64,000 nt of DNA from Dehalococcoidia bacterium (GTDB lineage Bacteria; Chloroflexota; Dehalococcoidia; DSTF01; WHTK01): the NCBI GenBank assembly GCA_965247485.1, contig OZ252017.1, positions 2,018,884 to 2,082,883 on the forward strand, read 5' to 3'. Positions 38,793 through 48,742 of the stretch are shown one piece after another (the first letter of the stretch is position 1; each line of letters begins with the position of its first letter). A model generated the notes under the pieces. The model had not been told where the DNA came from and ran no database searches. It saw only the letters and a program-made list of their open reading frames with translations. A program made the translations under genes and the position numbers.

Positions 38793-40811
38793 CTAGCCGC
38801 GTTCTTGAGCTTGTTTCGCCACCGCTTGAGCGCGCTCCACAACCCTGTCAGGCGTAAACCCGAAGCGTTCAAAGAGAACTCCGCCAGGCGCCGATGCCCC
38901 GAAGTGGTCGAGGCCGATCATGCCTCCGCCTTCTCCCACGTACCGTTCCCATCCCAGGGTTGAGCCAGCCTCAATCGATACTCTCGCCGCAATCGCCGAT
39001 GGCAGCACCTGGTTCTTGTATTCCTGAGGCTGTTCTTCAAATACTTCCCAACTTGGCATGCTGACCACGCGTGCATCGAGCCCCTGGTTGGTCAGGAGTT
39101 CTCGGGACCGCAGAGCGAGAGCCACTTCAGATCCGGTTGCAATGAGAATGACGTCGGGCTTTCCCGACGCGGCCTCTTCAACGATGTAGGCGCCGCGTTC
39201 GACGCCAACCTGTACTCTTGGGGCGTCGTCGATGATTGGCAGGTTCTGGCGGGTAAGGACGAGGAGGGATGGGCCTCTGCGCTTAATCATCAATCGCCAA
39301 GCGGCGGTAGTCTCGTTGGCATCGGCGGGGCGGAAAACAGTCAAGTTGGGCATCGCCCTGAGCGACGCCAGGTGCTCAACCGGCTGGTGGGTGGGGCCAT
39401 CCTCCCCAAGCCCGATGCTGTCGTGCGTGAGGACAAACATTGATTGAATGTTCATAAGCGCCGCCAGTCTGATGGCCGGCCGCATATAGTCGGTGAATAT
39501 GAAAAACGTTGCCCCAAAGGGAATGACGCCCCCGTGCAGGCTCATGCCGTTGACGATGGCACCCATGGCGTGTTCGCGCACACCAAAGTGAAGGTTGCGG
39601 GCACCCCAGGTGCCGGCATTGATGTCGCCGAGTCCCGTTAGGTCGGTCATGGTGGATGGGGCGAGGTCCGCAGAGCCCCCGAGCAGAGTCGGCAGTCTCT
39701 GAACGGCGGCGTTCAAGACCTTACCGGAGGCTATGCGGGTCGCAATCGGGCCGTCCTTCTCGGTGAAGGCTGGAAGCCCAGCATCCCAGTCTGCCGGGAG
39801 TTCTCCCCGCAGCACCTCCTGGAAGAGGTTTGCATCCTCCGGATAGGCCTCCGCATAAGCGGCCACGCGTTCTTGCCAGTCGCGTTCCCGCTCCTTGCCG
39901 TCGTCGATCGCCGAGCGCATCTCGGCCAGGGTTTCCTCCGGCACGAGGAAGGGTGGCTCTGTCGGCCAGCCAAGGGCTTCCTTGGTGAGCAGCACTTCGG
40001 CTTCGCCCAGCGCGGCGCCGTGCGCTTCGGCCGTTCCGGCTTTGTTGGGGCTGCCAAAAGCAATCGTCGTCTTGGCGGCGATCAAAGACGGCTGAGATGT
40101 CTCAGCCTTGGCTTCCTCCAGGGCGGCGATGACAGCGTCGAGATCGTTGCCATCGACTCGCTGGACGTGCCAGCCGAGCGCCTGGAAGCGGTCGCCGACG
40201 TTTTCGGTGAAGGCGAGATCGGTGCTGCCTTCGATGGTTATGCTGTTGTCGTCGTAGAGGTAGATGAGCTTACCCAGGCCCAGGGTACCGGCCAGCGAGG
40301 CAGCTTCATGGGCAACGCCTTCCATCAAATCGCCGTCGCTGACGATGCCGTACACGTAGTGATCGACGATCTGGTGACCGGGACGATTGAAGCGCTCGGC
40401 CAGGAAGCGCTCGGCCAGCGCCATCCCCACGCCCATCGCAAATCCCTGCCCCAGAGGCCCGGTTGTGGCCTCAACTCCCGGCGTGAGGTGATACTCGGGA
40501 TGGCCCGGAGTTTTACTGTCCCACTTGCGAAACGCTTTGATTTCGTCGAGTGACAGCTCATAGCCGGTGAGATGAAGGAGTGAATAGAGCAAGACTGATG
40601 CATGCCCCGCCGAAAGGACGAAGCGGTCACGGTTGGGCCAGTCTGGGTTTGTCGGACTGTGGCGGAGAACGCGGGCCCATAGAGCATAGGCCATCGTCGC
40701 CGCGCCCATAGCTGTGCCGGGGTGGCCATTACCCGCTTTTTGGACCGCGTCCATAGCCAGGGCTCGAATCGTATTGATGCAGAGCTCGTCGGTCTTGCTA
40801 AGAGATACCAC
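38793..40811 (-). CDS. tkt: Transketolase
   Basis: 672 aa with the TPP-binding motif (GDGDLMEG…) and the full three-domain architecture. Confidence 0.9.
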   Translation of the reverse strand: MVSLSKTDELCINTIRALAMDAVQKAGNGHPGTAMGAATMAYALWARVLRHSPTNPDWPNRDRFVLSAGHASVLLYSLLHLTGYELSLDEIKAFRKWDSKTPGHPEYHLTPGVEATTGPLGQGFAMGVGMALAERFLAERFNRPGHQIVDHYVYGIVSDGDLMEGVAHEAASLAGTLGLGKLIYLYDDNSITIEGSTDLAFTENVGDRFQALGWHVQRVDGNDLDAVIAALEEAKAETSQPSLIAAKTTIAFGSPNKAGTAEAHGAALGEAEVLLTKEALGWPTEPPFLVPEETLAEMRSAIDDGKERERDWQERVAAYAEAYPEDANLFQEVLRGELPADWDAGLPAFTEKDGPIATRIASGKVLNAAVQRLPTLLGGSADLAPSTMTDLTGLGDINAGTWGARNLHFGVREHAMGAIVNGMSLHGGVIPFGATFFIFTDYMRPAIRLAALMNIQSMFVLTHDSIGLGEDGPTHQPVEHLASLRAMPNLTVFRPADANETTAAWRLMIKRRGPSLLVLTRQNLPIIDDAPRVQVGVERGAYIVEEAASGKPDVILIATGSEVALALRSRELLTNQGLDARVVSMPSWEVFEEQPQEYKNQVLPSAIAARVSIEAGSTLGWERYVGEGGGMIGLDHFGASAPGGVLFERFGFTPDRVVERAQAVAKQAQERG

Positions 40812-41643
40812 GTATGGTCCTTTCGAATTCGACTATTGTGCTTCGGCAATCAAGAGCGGTACCTGACGGCTTAGATCCGCGGGGACCAGCCCAGAAGGCA
40901 GATCTGAAGGCCGCCGCTTCAGATATGGTACTGGCTAGCCGGAGGCGACGGCTTGGATTTGGATTTCTAATGGCAAAACCTGCGGCAGGACCGCTTCCCT
41001 GTCCCCGACCTTTTCGTTTGGCTGGCTGGTGGTCTTTCATTCTACTTGGAGGACGCTTGGCCAGTTCCGAGAACGCGCCGCCCCGATGTATCGGCCGCGG
41101 GTCCGAATGATATGGGTGCCTCCGACGAGGATGGTGAGCGTGGCACAGGTGATCACAAACGGCAGTGATTAGGGTGAGAAGGTTTAGCAGGACAAAGCCG
41201 ACGATCGCGCCAAGAACCACGCTTCGGGATAGGGCGATAACGCCCAGAGCCGGCAATATGGCTAGCATGGTGAGAATCGGCAGCATCGCCAGGGAAACGC
41301 CGAGCACTGGCGCCAGGCCCCTGCCGCCTTGAAACTGAAGTACGGCGGGCCAGTTGTGGCCGATTGTGAGTGCGACCGGTGCGCTAAATACGGTCCATTC
41401 CGCTAACCCGGACCAAAGCGCGGCAACGACGACCACCGTCCCCTTGGCGATGTCAGCGCCCAAGACCAAGACGCCGGCGCGCCCGCCAAGCTCCCGAAAC
41501 ACGTTTAGGGCGCCGGCGTTGTGACTACCGACATTGCGAATATCGACGTCTTTGACACGCCTGGCTACCAGATAAGCGGGGGAAAGTGAGCCGAGAGCGT
41601 AAGCGGCCGCCAGGAACATGGTGCCCAGGAATACCTCAACCAT
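40798..41643 (-). CDS. plsY: Glycerol-3-phosphate acyltransferase PlsY with an anomalous ~70-aa low-complexity C-terminal extension
   Basis: The N-terminal ~205 aa match PlsY (…[10 protein letters not shown]…[19 protein letters not shown]…DIAKG…). The C-terminus (…[22 protein letters not shown]…RRLRLAS…) is unlike PlsY and runs to the tkt overlap. Confidence 0.6.
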   Translation of the reverse strand: MVEVFLGTMFLAAAYALGSLSPAYLVARRVKDVDIRNVGSHNAGALNVFRELGGRAGVLVLGADIAKGTVVVVAALWSGLAEWTVFSAPVALTIGHNWPAVLQFQGGRGLAPVLGVSLAMLPILTMLAILPALGVIALSRSVVLGAIVGFVLLNLLTLITAVCDHLCHAHHPRRRHPYHSDPRPIHRGGAFSELAKRPPSRMKDHQPAKRKGRGQGSGPAAGFAIRNPNPSRRLRLASTISEAAAFRSAFWAGPRGSKPSGTALDCRSTIVEFERTIRGIS

Positions 41644-41955
41644 GAGCCGAAGCGATCCTCACGCATTTCCCCCTGCTGAACTCGCAAGCATCCAGGTTCA
41701 ATTCTCTTCGACTGCGGACGATTACCGCAATTTTTTTGACGACGGGAGCCTAAGTTGGCTCGTACGTCGAACACCGCGGCGCCAAGGTTGCCCCAGTCAA
41801 AGATCCCGTTTGGGTGCTGGCGGGGCGGTGATCGAGATCACCGTTCAAGTCGTGAGGATCGCCCAACCTGAGAATGTGATCGTTGGCCGTGGGTCTCAGG
41901 TGGACTCCGGCTGGAGGAACGCTGAAGAGACAACCGGATCGGACACCAGAGGTGA

Positions 41956-43223
41956 GTGATTTGTTGACGAAACGATCGACCGCAATCGTAAGCGTGCTAC
42001 TGCTGCTTTCGCTCGCGGCAGCGGCTTGCAGTTCGGATGATGGCGATGCAAGCAATTCCACCGTGACCCCGGCGAACTCGGAGCCTGAGGCTACCGCAAC
42101 ATCCGCTCCAACGGGCTCGGAGCCCGAGAGCGTAGGCCCAACCGAAACCTCGGCGACGATCGCTGACGGTTGGAGCGCTACGGTCATAGGCCAAGGCATT
42201 AAGCCAACTCTTGCTCTTGATAGCACCGGTTCGCCGGCGATTGCCTATCTATTTGAGGCTATCTCGGGCGGTTTCGTCTCCTTCGCCGCGGCGAAGGAAG
42301 ATTGGACGCCGGAGCAGTTCGTCGAAGGCTATTTTTACGGTCCCCTTGACCTCACCTTTGACCTCCAGGACCGGCCCAACATTGTCTATCACGATCATCA
42401 GGCGTCAAATTTCCGGCCGGAGTTGGGCGATCTGGTTTACGCACTTCGAAACCGTGAGTGGCAAATCACGACGCTCGAGGATGATGGACACGACGGTTGG
42501 GATAGCACTATCGCCATCGGCGGCGACGGCATTGTCCCGGCGGCAGGCATCGACCCGTCTCAATTTAACAGCACCGATGGGGTTGAATACTACGAGAGCG
42601 TGAACGGCCAGTGGACCGTGACGGCAATTGGCAGCGGTCCGATTCAATACGAGTTCAATGTGAGTCTGGCGGTGAGCCCGGAAAACTTGCCGGCGCTGAC
42701 CTATTATGACAACATCAATGGCGATCTGATGCTCGCAAGTTTCGACGGCAGCGCCTGGTCGATCGAGGCGGTAGCAACGGAGGGAACGGTGGGAAAGTTC
42801 TCGTCGCTTGCCTTCGATGCTGACGGACGTCCCCACATCGTTTTCTTCGAAGAGGGCAATGGTAACGGCGGCCGTGTGATGTACGCGGTGCGGGACGAGA
42901 ATGGCTGGACCTTGGAAGCTGTAGGCGAGCTAACCGACGTGCGTCAAGGGATGACGGGCGCGCGCCGGATCACCTCCGTGGCACTGGACGCACAAGGAGT
43001 GCCGCATGTCGCGTTTTCGGATGTCGGCGTCATCAGCTACGCTACTCGCACCGAATCAGGATGGAAGGTTGAGGAGATTGTCTCCGCCGGCGACCGTGTC
43101 CTGGGTCAACTCGTTTCACTAAAAGTGGGCGCCAACGGCACGGCTCATATCGCGTTCTACGAAGTTACTCAGGCCTCACCCCTTGACGGGCTTGTCGTCT
43201 ACCTTTCGCGCCCCGCGGGCTAG
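41956..43223 (+). CDS. Lipoprotein of unknown function (lipobox LAAAAC), Asp/Gly/Trp-rich, likely beta-rich repeat fold
   Basis: Probable GTG start at 41956 (VSDLLTKRSTAIVSVLLLLSLAAAACSS…). The ORF track lists an earlier ATG at 41883. Confidence 0.5.
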
Positions 43224-43346
43224 GCGCGAATCCCAGCCAAAAGGGCTTCGACTTCCGATGCCTGCGCAGCCAGACTCTGAAAATTAGTAAACTGGGATTC
43301 AACATCAGCAGGCAGAAGATATCTTGGCGCTCCCGCCAGTCTAGGC

Positions 43347-44762
43347 ATGACTTTCATGACTTCGATGAGACGTACAAGAATTGTCGCGACTTTGGGTCCA
43401 TCCACCGATGATCCCGCGGTCCTGCAGGAGCTTATCGAGGCTGGCGTCGAGGTAGTCCGGATCAATTTTTCCCACGGCGACCTGGAAGAGAAACATCGCC
43501 AGATAGAGCGCGTACGGGCAATTGAGACAAACATCGGGCGGAACGTCGCCATCCTGCAGGACCTTCAGGGCCCCAAGATTCGAGTTGGCGACCTTGCCCA
43601 CTCGCTCGGCCTGACTGCCGGCCAAGTGTTGGATATCGTGCCCGAAGGAAAAGTGCGCGGCGACAGCCAAATTTCGACGAACTACCCTCAATTGGCCGCC
43701 GAAGTTCAACCAGGGGACTCCATCTTCCTCGATGACGGGGCAATGGAACTGCGCGTCTCTACGGTCTCGGAGGACGATGTCCGTTGCGACGTGGTCTCGG
43801 GTGGCGAACTTGAGGCGCACAAGGGGGTCAATTTGCCCGGCGTGGCGATTAGTGCGCCCGCTCTCACCGAAAAGGACCTCAATGATCTCAAATTTGGGCT
43901 AGAGGCGGGCGTCGATTTCGTCGCGATGAGCTTCGTACGGCGAGCCGAGGACGCCTTAGGGGCCAGGAAACTGATGCAGGAGACGGGTACTCAGGTTCCC
44001 TTGTTTGCCAAGGTAGAGAAGCGCGAAGCACTTGACAGCCTAGATAGCATCCTCAACGCTTTCGATGGCGTGATGGTGGCCCGCGGCGACCTCGGTGTCG
44101 AGCTTGGGCCGGAGAAAGTTCCCGGGGCCCAGAAGCACATCATCAAGAGCGCTGTAAACCTGGGCCTTCCGGTTATTACTGCCACTCAGATGTTGGAATC
44201 AATGACTTTCAATCGCCACGCCACGCGAGCCGAGGCGTCTGATGTCGCGAACGCCGTCTTGGATGGGACCGATGCAGTGATGCTCAGCGGCGAGACAGCC
44301 GTCGGGCAGCATCCCGCTGAGGTGGTGCGCACTATGGATCGCATCATCCGAGAAGCCGAGCAGCTGGTCGACGTCGAAAGGCAGCCAGTTATTCTGCAGG
44401 AGTCTTCGAATCGAGCTTTCTGCGCTGCCGCGATCTTTTTGGCGGCAGAGGTTGGCGCCGTGGCGCTGGCAGCCTTGAGCCGCTCTGGCGAGACTGCCGC
44501 AATCCTCTCGAGCCTCCGATCGCGCATGCCGGTTTTCGCCCTTTGCGAGGACGAGCAATCGGCACGCCGGCTCTGTATGCGGCGCGGCATTTGGCCGATC
44601 GTCGTTGGCCGATCTCGGTCCGACGAAGAAGCATCGGACCAGATTGCCCGCGGGCTGGTTGAAAGTGGTGCCTTGCCGCGCGGGAGCCAGGTTGTGATAG
44701 TTGGTGCCGCGACTGGTGGGCCGGCTGGCGAGACCAACTTTGTCAGGCTAATTCACCTCTAA
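43347..44762 (+). CDS. pyk: Pyruvate kinase
   Basis: 471 aa with N-terminal RRTRIVATLGPST and the full PK barrel plus C-terminal domain. Confidence 0.9.
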   Translation: MTFMTSMRRTRIVATLGPSTDDPAVLQELIEAGVEVVRINFSHGDLEEKHRQIERVRAIETNIGRNVAILQDLQGPKIRVGDLAHSLGLTAGQVLDIVPEGKVRGDSQISTNYPQLAAEVQPGDSIFLDDGAMELRVSTVSEDDVRCDVVSGGELEAHKGVNLPGVAISAPALTEKDLNDLKFGLEAGVDFVAMSFVRRAEDALGARKLMQETGTQVPLFAKVEKREALDSLDSILNAFDGVMVARGDLGVELGPEKVPGAQKHIIKSAVNLGLPVITATQMLESMTFNRHATRAEASDVANAVLDGTDAVMLSGETAVGQHPAEVVRTMDRIIREAEQLVDVERQPVILQESSNRAFCAAAIFLAAEVGAVALAALSRSGETAAILSSLRSRMPVFALCEDEQSARRLCMRRGIWPIVVGRSRSDEEASDQIARGLVESGALPRGSQVVIVGAATGGPAGETNFVRLIHL

Positions 44763-44768
44763 TCAGAT

Positions 44769-46583
44769 CTAACTCGCCTGGACGGTAATCTCCACCAGCA
44801 CTTCGCCAGGATTTACTCTGTCGCCCTTGGCGGCATAGATGTGCGCGACCTTGCCGGCGATCGCGGCTTGTACCTCGCTTTGCATCTTCATCGCTTCGGT
44901 AATCAGAATTGGTTGGCCGGCCCGAACCATGTCGCCTTCGCCCACCAAGATGTCGACAATAACGCCCGGCATAGACGTGGTTACGTGTCCCTCAGATGTT
45001 GCCTGCTTACGTTGAGTCGTCCCTTGAACGACGAACTCGTTTAGTGGCTCGACCACAACCTCCTCCGGCATACCGTCAAGGCTCAGATAAAAGTGACGTT
45101 TGCCGTCGCTTTTCACGCCCACGCCGGTGATGTCCACCCGGTGGTTCTCGCCGTGGACATCGATGATGAACTCAGTCGGAACGCCTTCGCTCGCGACGGG
45201 CCTCTCAGAACCATCCGGCACGGGCAAGAGCGTCTCGGGCTCAAGAGTCCCTTCAGAACGCTGCTGCAAGAAATCACGCCCTGTGTCCGGGAACATCGCG
45301 TAGGTGAGCACGTCCTCCTCCGACTCAGCCAGGCCGCCAATCTCCTCGCGTAGCCGGTTGAGCTCGGGCGGGATCAGGTCCGCGGGGCGAACATCGATGA
45401 TCTCCTCGTTACCGATCGCTCTCTGGCGCAAAGCCTTGTCCACCGGTCCCGGTGCCTTGCCATACCGCCCCTGCAAGTAGAGCTTTACCTCGTTAGTGAT
45501 GACCTTGTAGCGCTCGTCCGCCAGAACATTTAGGACTGCCTGGGTGCCAACAATTTGCGATGTCGGCGTCACCAGAGGAGGGTAACCGAGATCTTCACGC
45601 ACATTTGGAATTTCGGCGAAGACATCGCCAATGTGGTGTAGCGCCCCCTGCTCCTTCAACTGAAGAGCCAGGTTGGACATCATGCCGCCGGGCACTTGGT
45701 TCACCTGCACACGAGTGTCGACACCGGTCAACTCGCTTTCAAATTGGTGATACTTCTTGCGCACCTCGTAGAAGTAAAGGCCGATTTCCTGAAGCAGCCC
45801 GAGGTTCAAATGCGTCTCGTGCTCCGTGCCGCTCAGGGCGGCGACCATGGACTCGGTGCCCGGATGGCTGGTGCCCCAGGCAAAACTGGAGATGGCAGTA
45901 TCGATGTGCTCAGCACCGGCTTCGATCGCCTGCATTTGGCACATGCTTCCCAGGCCGGCCGAGTCGTGGGCGTGGATAAAGACTGGCAGGCTCAGTTCAG
46001 CCTTAAGAGCGCTGACCAGTTCACCGGTCGCGGCTGGGGTTAGGAGGCCCGCCATGTCCTTGATAGCGATGGAATCGCAACCCATCGCTTCGATTTCTTT
46101 TGCCTGCTTGACGTATGCGGCCGTGTTGTGGACCGGGCTAGTCGTGTAGCAGAGAGTGCCCTGGGCATATTTGTTGGCCGCCTTCACTGCCTCAATAGCC
46201 ACTCGAAGGTTTCTAACGTCATTCATCGCATCGAACACGCGGAAAACGTCGATGCCATTGTCGGCCGCCTTGGTGACAAAGGCCTTGACCACGTCATCGC
46301 TGTAGTGGCGGTAGCCGACCAGGTTTTGACCGCGGACCAGCATTTGCAACCGCGTGTTCGGCAGCGCGGTTCGGAGCTGGCGCAGCCGATCCCAAGGGTC
46401 TTCCTTGAGGAAGCGCACACAAGCGTCAAAAGTTGCGCCGCCCCAGACTTCCAGAGACCAGTAGCCGGCCCGATCAAGCATTGAACATGCCGGCACCATG
46501 TCATCCGTGCGCATTCGAGTGGCGATCAGCGACTGGTGCGCGTCACGTAAGACTGTGTCGGTAACCTCAATTGGATTGCTCAC
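44769..46583 (-). CDS. pycB: Pyruvate carboxylase subunit B (carboxyltransferase plus C-terminal biotinyl domain), oxaloacetate-decarboxylase-alpha-like
   Basis: 604 aa with an HMGL-like TIM barrel and the biotinylation motif EAMKMQ near the C-terminus. Confidence 0.75.
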   Translation of the reverse strand: MSNPIEVTDTVLRDAHQSLIATRMRTDDMVPACSMLDRAGYWSLEVWGGATFDACVRFLKEDPWDRLRQLRTALPNTRLQMLVRGQNLVGYRHYSDDVVKAFVTKAADNGIDVFRVFDAMNDVRNLRVAIEAVKAANKYAQGTLCYTTSPVHNTAAYVKQAKEIEAMGCDSIAIKDMAGLLTPAATGELVSALKAELSLPVFIHAHDSAGLGSMCQMQAIEAGAEHIDTAISSFAWGTSHPGTESMVAALSGTEHETHLNLGLLQEIGLYFYEVRKKYHQFESELTGVDTRVQVNQVPGGMMSNLALQLKEQGALHHIGDVFAEIPNVREDLGYPPLVTPTSQIVGTQAVLNVLADERYKVITNEVKLYLQGRYGKAPGPVDKALRQRAIGNEEIIDVRPADLIPPELNRLREEIGGLAESEEDVLTYAMFPDTGRDFLQQRSEGTLEPETLLPVPDGSERPVASEGVPTEFIIDVHGENHRVDITGVGVKSDGKRHFYLSLDGMPEEVVVEPLNEFVVQGTTQRKQATSEGHVTTSMPGVIVDILVGEGDMVRAGQPILITEAMKMQSEVQAAIAGKVAHIYAAKGDRVNPGEVLVEITVQAS

Positions 46584-46599
46584 GAATTCTCTCTAGCGC

Positions 46600-48015
46600 C
46601 TAAAGCCCGGCATGGGCGGCTATCGCCGCCGCAACCGCCAAGGCCAGGTCCTCGGGCCGGCGCTTGACTGAGTAATTGACCAGTTCTGGCTGGCTGTCGA
46701 CGAAGCTGGTGTCAAAGTGTCCGCTCCTGAATTCAGGGCTGCGGAGAATCTCCTGGTAGTAGGGAGCAGTCGTTTTGACGCCTTGCACTCGCATGTCGTC
46801 GAGCGCGCGTATGCCTCGATTGAGCGTCTCCTCCCAGGTGAGAGCCCAGACAATTAACTTGAGACAGAGCGAATCGTAGTGGTGCGGGATCGTGTAGCCC
46901 GTATAGATCGCGGTGTCAGTGCGGACACCTGGTCCGCCCGGCGCATAGTAGCGGGTTATCTTGCCAAAGGTTGGCAGAAAGTCGTTCTTCGGATCCTCGG
47001 CGTTGATTCGGAACTGCATGGCGAAGCCATGGAACTGGACGTCCTCTTGTCTCATTGAGAGGTCGAGGCCGGAGGCAATGCGGATTTGCTCTCTAACTAT
47101 GTCGATACCGGTGATTTGCTCGGTGATTGTGTGTTCGACCTGAATTCGAGTGTTCATCTCCATAAAGTAGACATCGTTATTGTCAATCAAGAACTCCACA
47201 GTGCCGGTATTCTCGTAATTCGCCGTCTTGGCGGCGCGTACCGCCAGTTCGCCGATGCGGGCGCGCAGTTCCGGTGTTATCTGCGGGCTGGGAGCGATTT
47301 CAACCAGCTTCTGGTTTCGCCTTTGGATGGAACAGTCCCGCTCGAACAGGTGCACCGTGTTGCCAGAGGCATCCGCCAGCACCTGAACCTCAATATGTTT
47401 GGGATTGAGAATGCACTTTTCCAGGAAAACTTCAGCTGAACCGAAGGCCGCGGTAGCTTCTGAGGTCACCCTGGGGTAGGCGTTTTCGAGTTCCTCGCTA
47501 TCGTCGCAACGACGGATTCCACGGCCGCCACCACCGGACGTTGCCTTCAGCATTACCGGGTAGCCGATTTCCGAGGCGGCTTTCAGCGCCTCGCCCACGT
47601 CGTTGACGTTGCCCTCAGTGCCCGGGATGCAAGGGATACCGGCGGCGATCATTGCCCGCCTGGCCTCCGTCTTATCGCCCATGCGACGAATAACCTCTGC
47701 GCTAGGACCAATGAACCGGATACCGCGTTCAGCACATACTTCTGCCAACCGGGGGCTTTCAGAGAGGAAGCCGTAGCCGGGGTGCAGAGCGTCGCATCCG
47801 GTTTCGATCGCCAGGTTCACCAGCGTGTGAGGGTTTAGGTAGCCGAGCAGAGGGTCTGCCCCGATGCTGTGCGCCTCATCGGCCCGTTTTACATGAAGGG
47901 AGTTTGGGTCTGCATCCGAGTAGATAGCGACCGAGCGAATACCCATTTCGGCGCAGGCGCGAATGATGCGAACGGCGATTTCGCCACGATTTGCTATGAG
48001 GATTTTCTCGATCAC
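46600..48015 (-). CDS. pycA: Biotin carboxylase (pyruvate carboxylase subunit A / AccC-type)
   Basis: 471 aa with MIEKILIANRGEIAVRIIRA and the ATP-grasp biotin carboxylase core. Confidence 0.85.
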   Translation of the reverse strand: MIEKILIANRGEIAVRIIRACAEMGIRSVAIYSDADPNSLHVKRADEAHSIGADPLLGYLNPHTLVNLAIETGCDALHPGYGFLSESPRLAEVCAERGIRFIGPSAEVIRRMGDKTEARRAMIAAGIPCIPGTEGNVNDVGEALKAASEIGYPVMLKATSGGGGRGIRRCDDSEELENAYPRVTSEATAAFGSAEVFLEKCILNPKHIEVQVLADASGNTVHLFERDCSIQRRNQKLVEIAPSPQITPELRARIGELAVRAAKTANYENTGTVEFLIDNNDVYFMEMNTRIQVEHTITEQITGIDIVREQIRIASGLDLSMRQEDVQFHGFAMQFRINAEDPKNDFLPTFGKITRYYAPGGPGVRTDTAIYTGYTIPHHYDSLCLKLIVWALTWEETLNRGIRALDDMRVQGVKTTAPYYQEILRSPEFRSGHFDTSFVDSQPELVNYSVKRRPEDLALAVAAAIAAHAGL

Positions 48016-48180
48016 GGGATCTTCCTTGGCAGCTGTCTTTGGTCGCCAGATTGCGGCGACATCAACCTTAGTCGCGAAAGCTCGGCGCCCCAGAAGGTTA
48101 TCGGTATCGCTGCAGGCTACTTGAGCACAATTATATGGCGTTCTCGCATATATGGCATGCGTGGCCGGGAAGCCAAATCA

Positions 48181-48357
48181 GCGAGATTTGTATTAGGGGT
48201 CGGCGCGAGGAGATAATCATCAGGTGAACATCGCAGAAAGAGGCATGCCTGTTTACCGACTTATCTGTGCTTGCGAGATTTGTATTAGGGGTCGGCGCGA
48301 GGAGATAATCATCAGGTGAACATCGCAGAAAGAGGCATGCCTGTTTACCGACTTATC
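48181..48357 (+). repeat. ~85-bp direct tandem duplication (copies 48181-48265 and 48273-48357) spanning the 5' UTR, start codon and first ~14 codons of the LysM gene
   Basis: Two near-identical copies of GCGAGATTTGTATTAGGGGTCGGCGCGAGGAGATAATCATCAGGTGAACATCGCAGAAAGAGGCATGCCTGTTTACCGACTTATC, separated by TGTGCTT. Confidence 0.85.
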
Positions 48358-48681
48358 CTTGCCCCATTGGCTGGGTTTGCTATCGGGCTGGCTGCCGGTC
48401 TCTTGTTGGGTGGTGGCGATTCGGCGGCGCCGGCTGTGGTTGAAACCGCGACTCCCGCCACTAGCGTGCCGACAATTCAGCCCACCGTAGTGATTGTTCC
48501 CACGCCCGCACCGACAGTCCCGCCGCCGTCTCCCACTCCTGAAACTCATGTCGTTCAGCCCGGTGATACTTTGACTGCGATCGCAGCCCAGTACGACACG
48601 ACTATCGAGATTCTGCTGGAGTTGAATGAACTGCCCTCAGCTGACCAGCTCGAGGTTGGACAGATACTGATCCTTCCCTGA
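48316..48681 (+). CDS. Small Pro/Thr-rich membrane-anchored LysM domain protein
   Basis: GTG start, one TM helix, a PT-rich linker and a C-terminal LysM (HVVQPGDTLTAIAAQYDTTIEILLELNELPSADQLEVGQILILP). Confidence 0.65.
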   Translation: MNIAERGMPVYRLILAPLAGFAIGLAAGLLLGGGDSAAPAVVETATPATSVPTIQPTVVIVPTPAPTVPPPSPTPETHVVQPGDTLTAIAAQYDTTIEILLELNELPSADQLEVGQILILP

Positions 48682-48742
48682 GCAAACGCATGCCGCGGCA
48701 CCGCTGCCGCGGTCTCAACTTGTTTCCACCAGGTTTGGTTTC

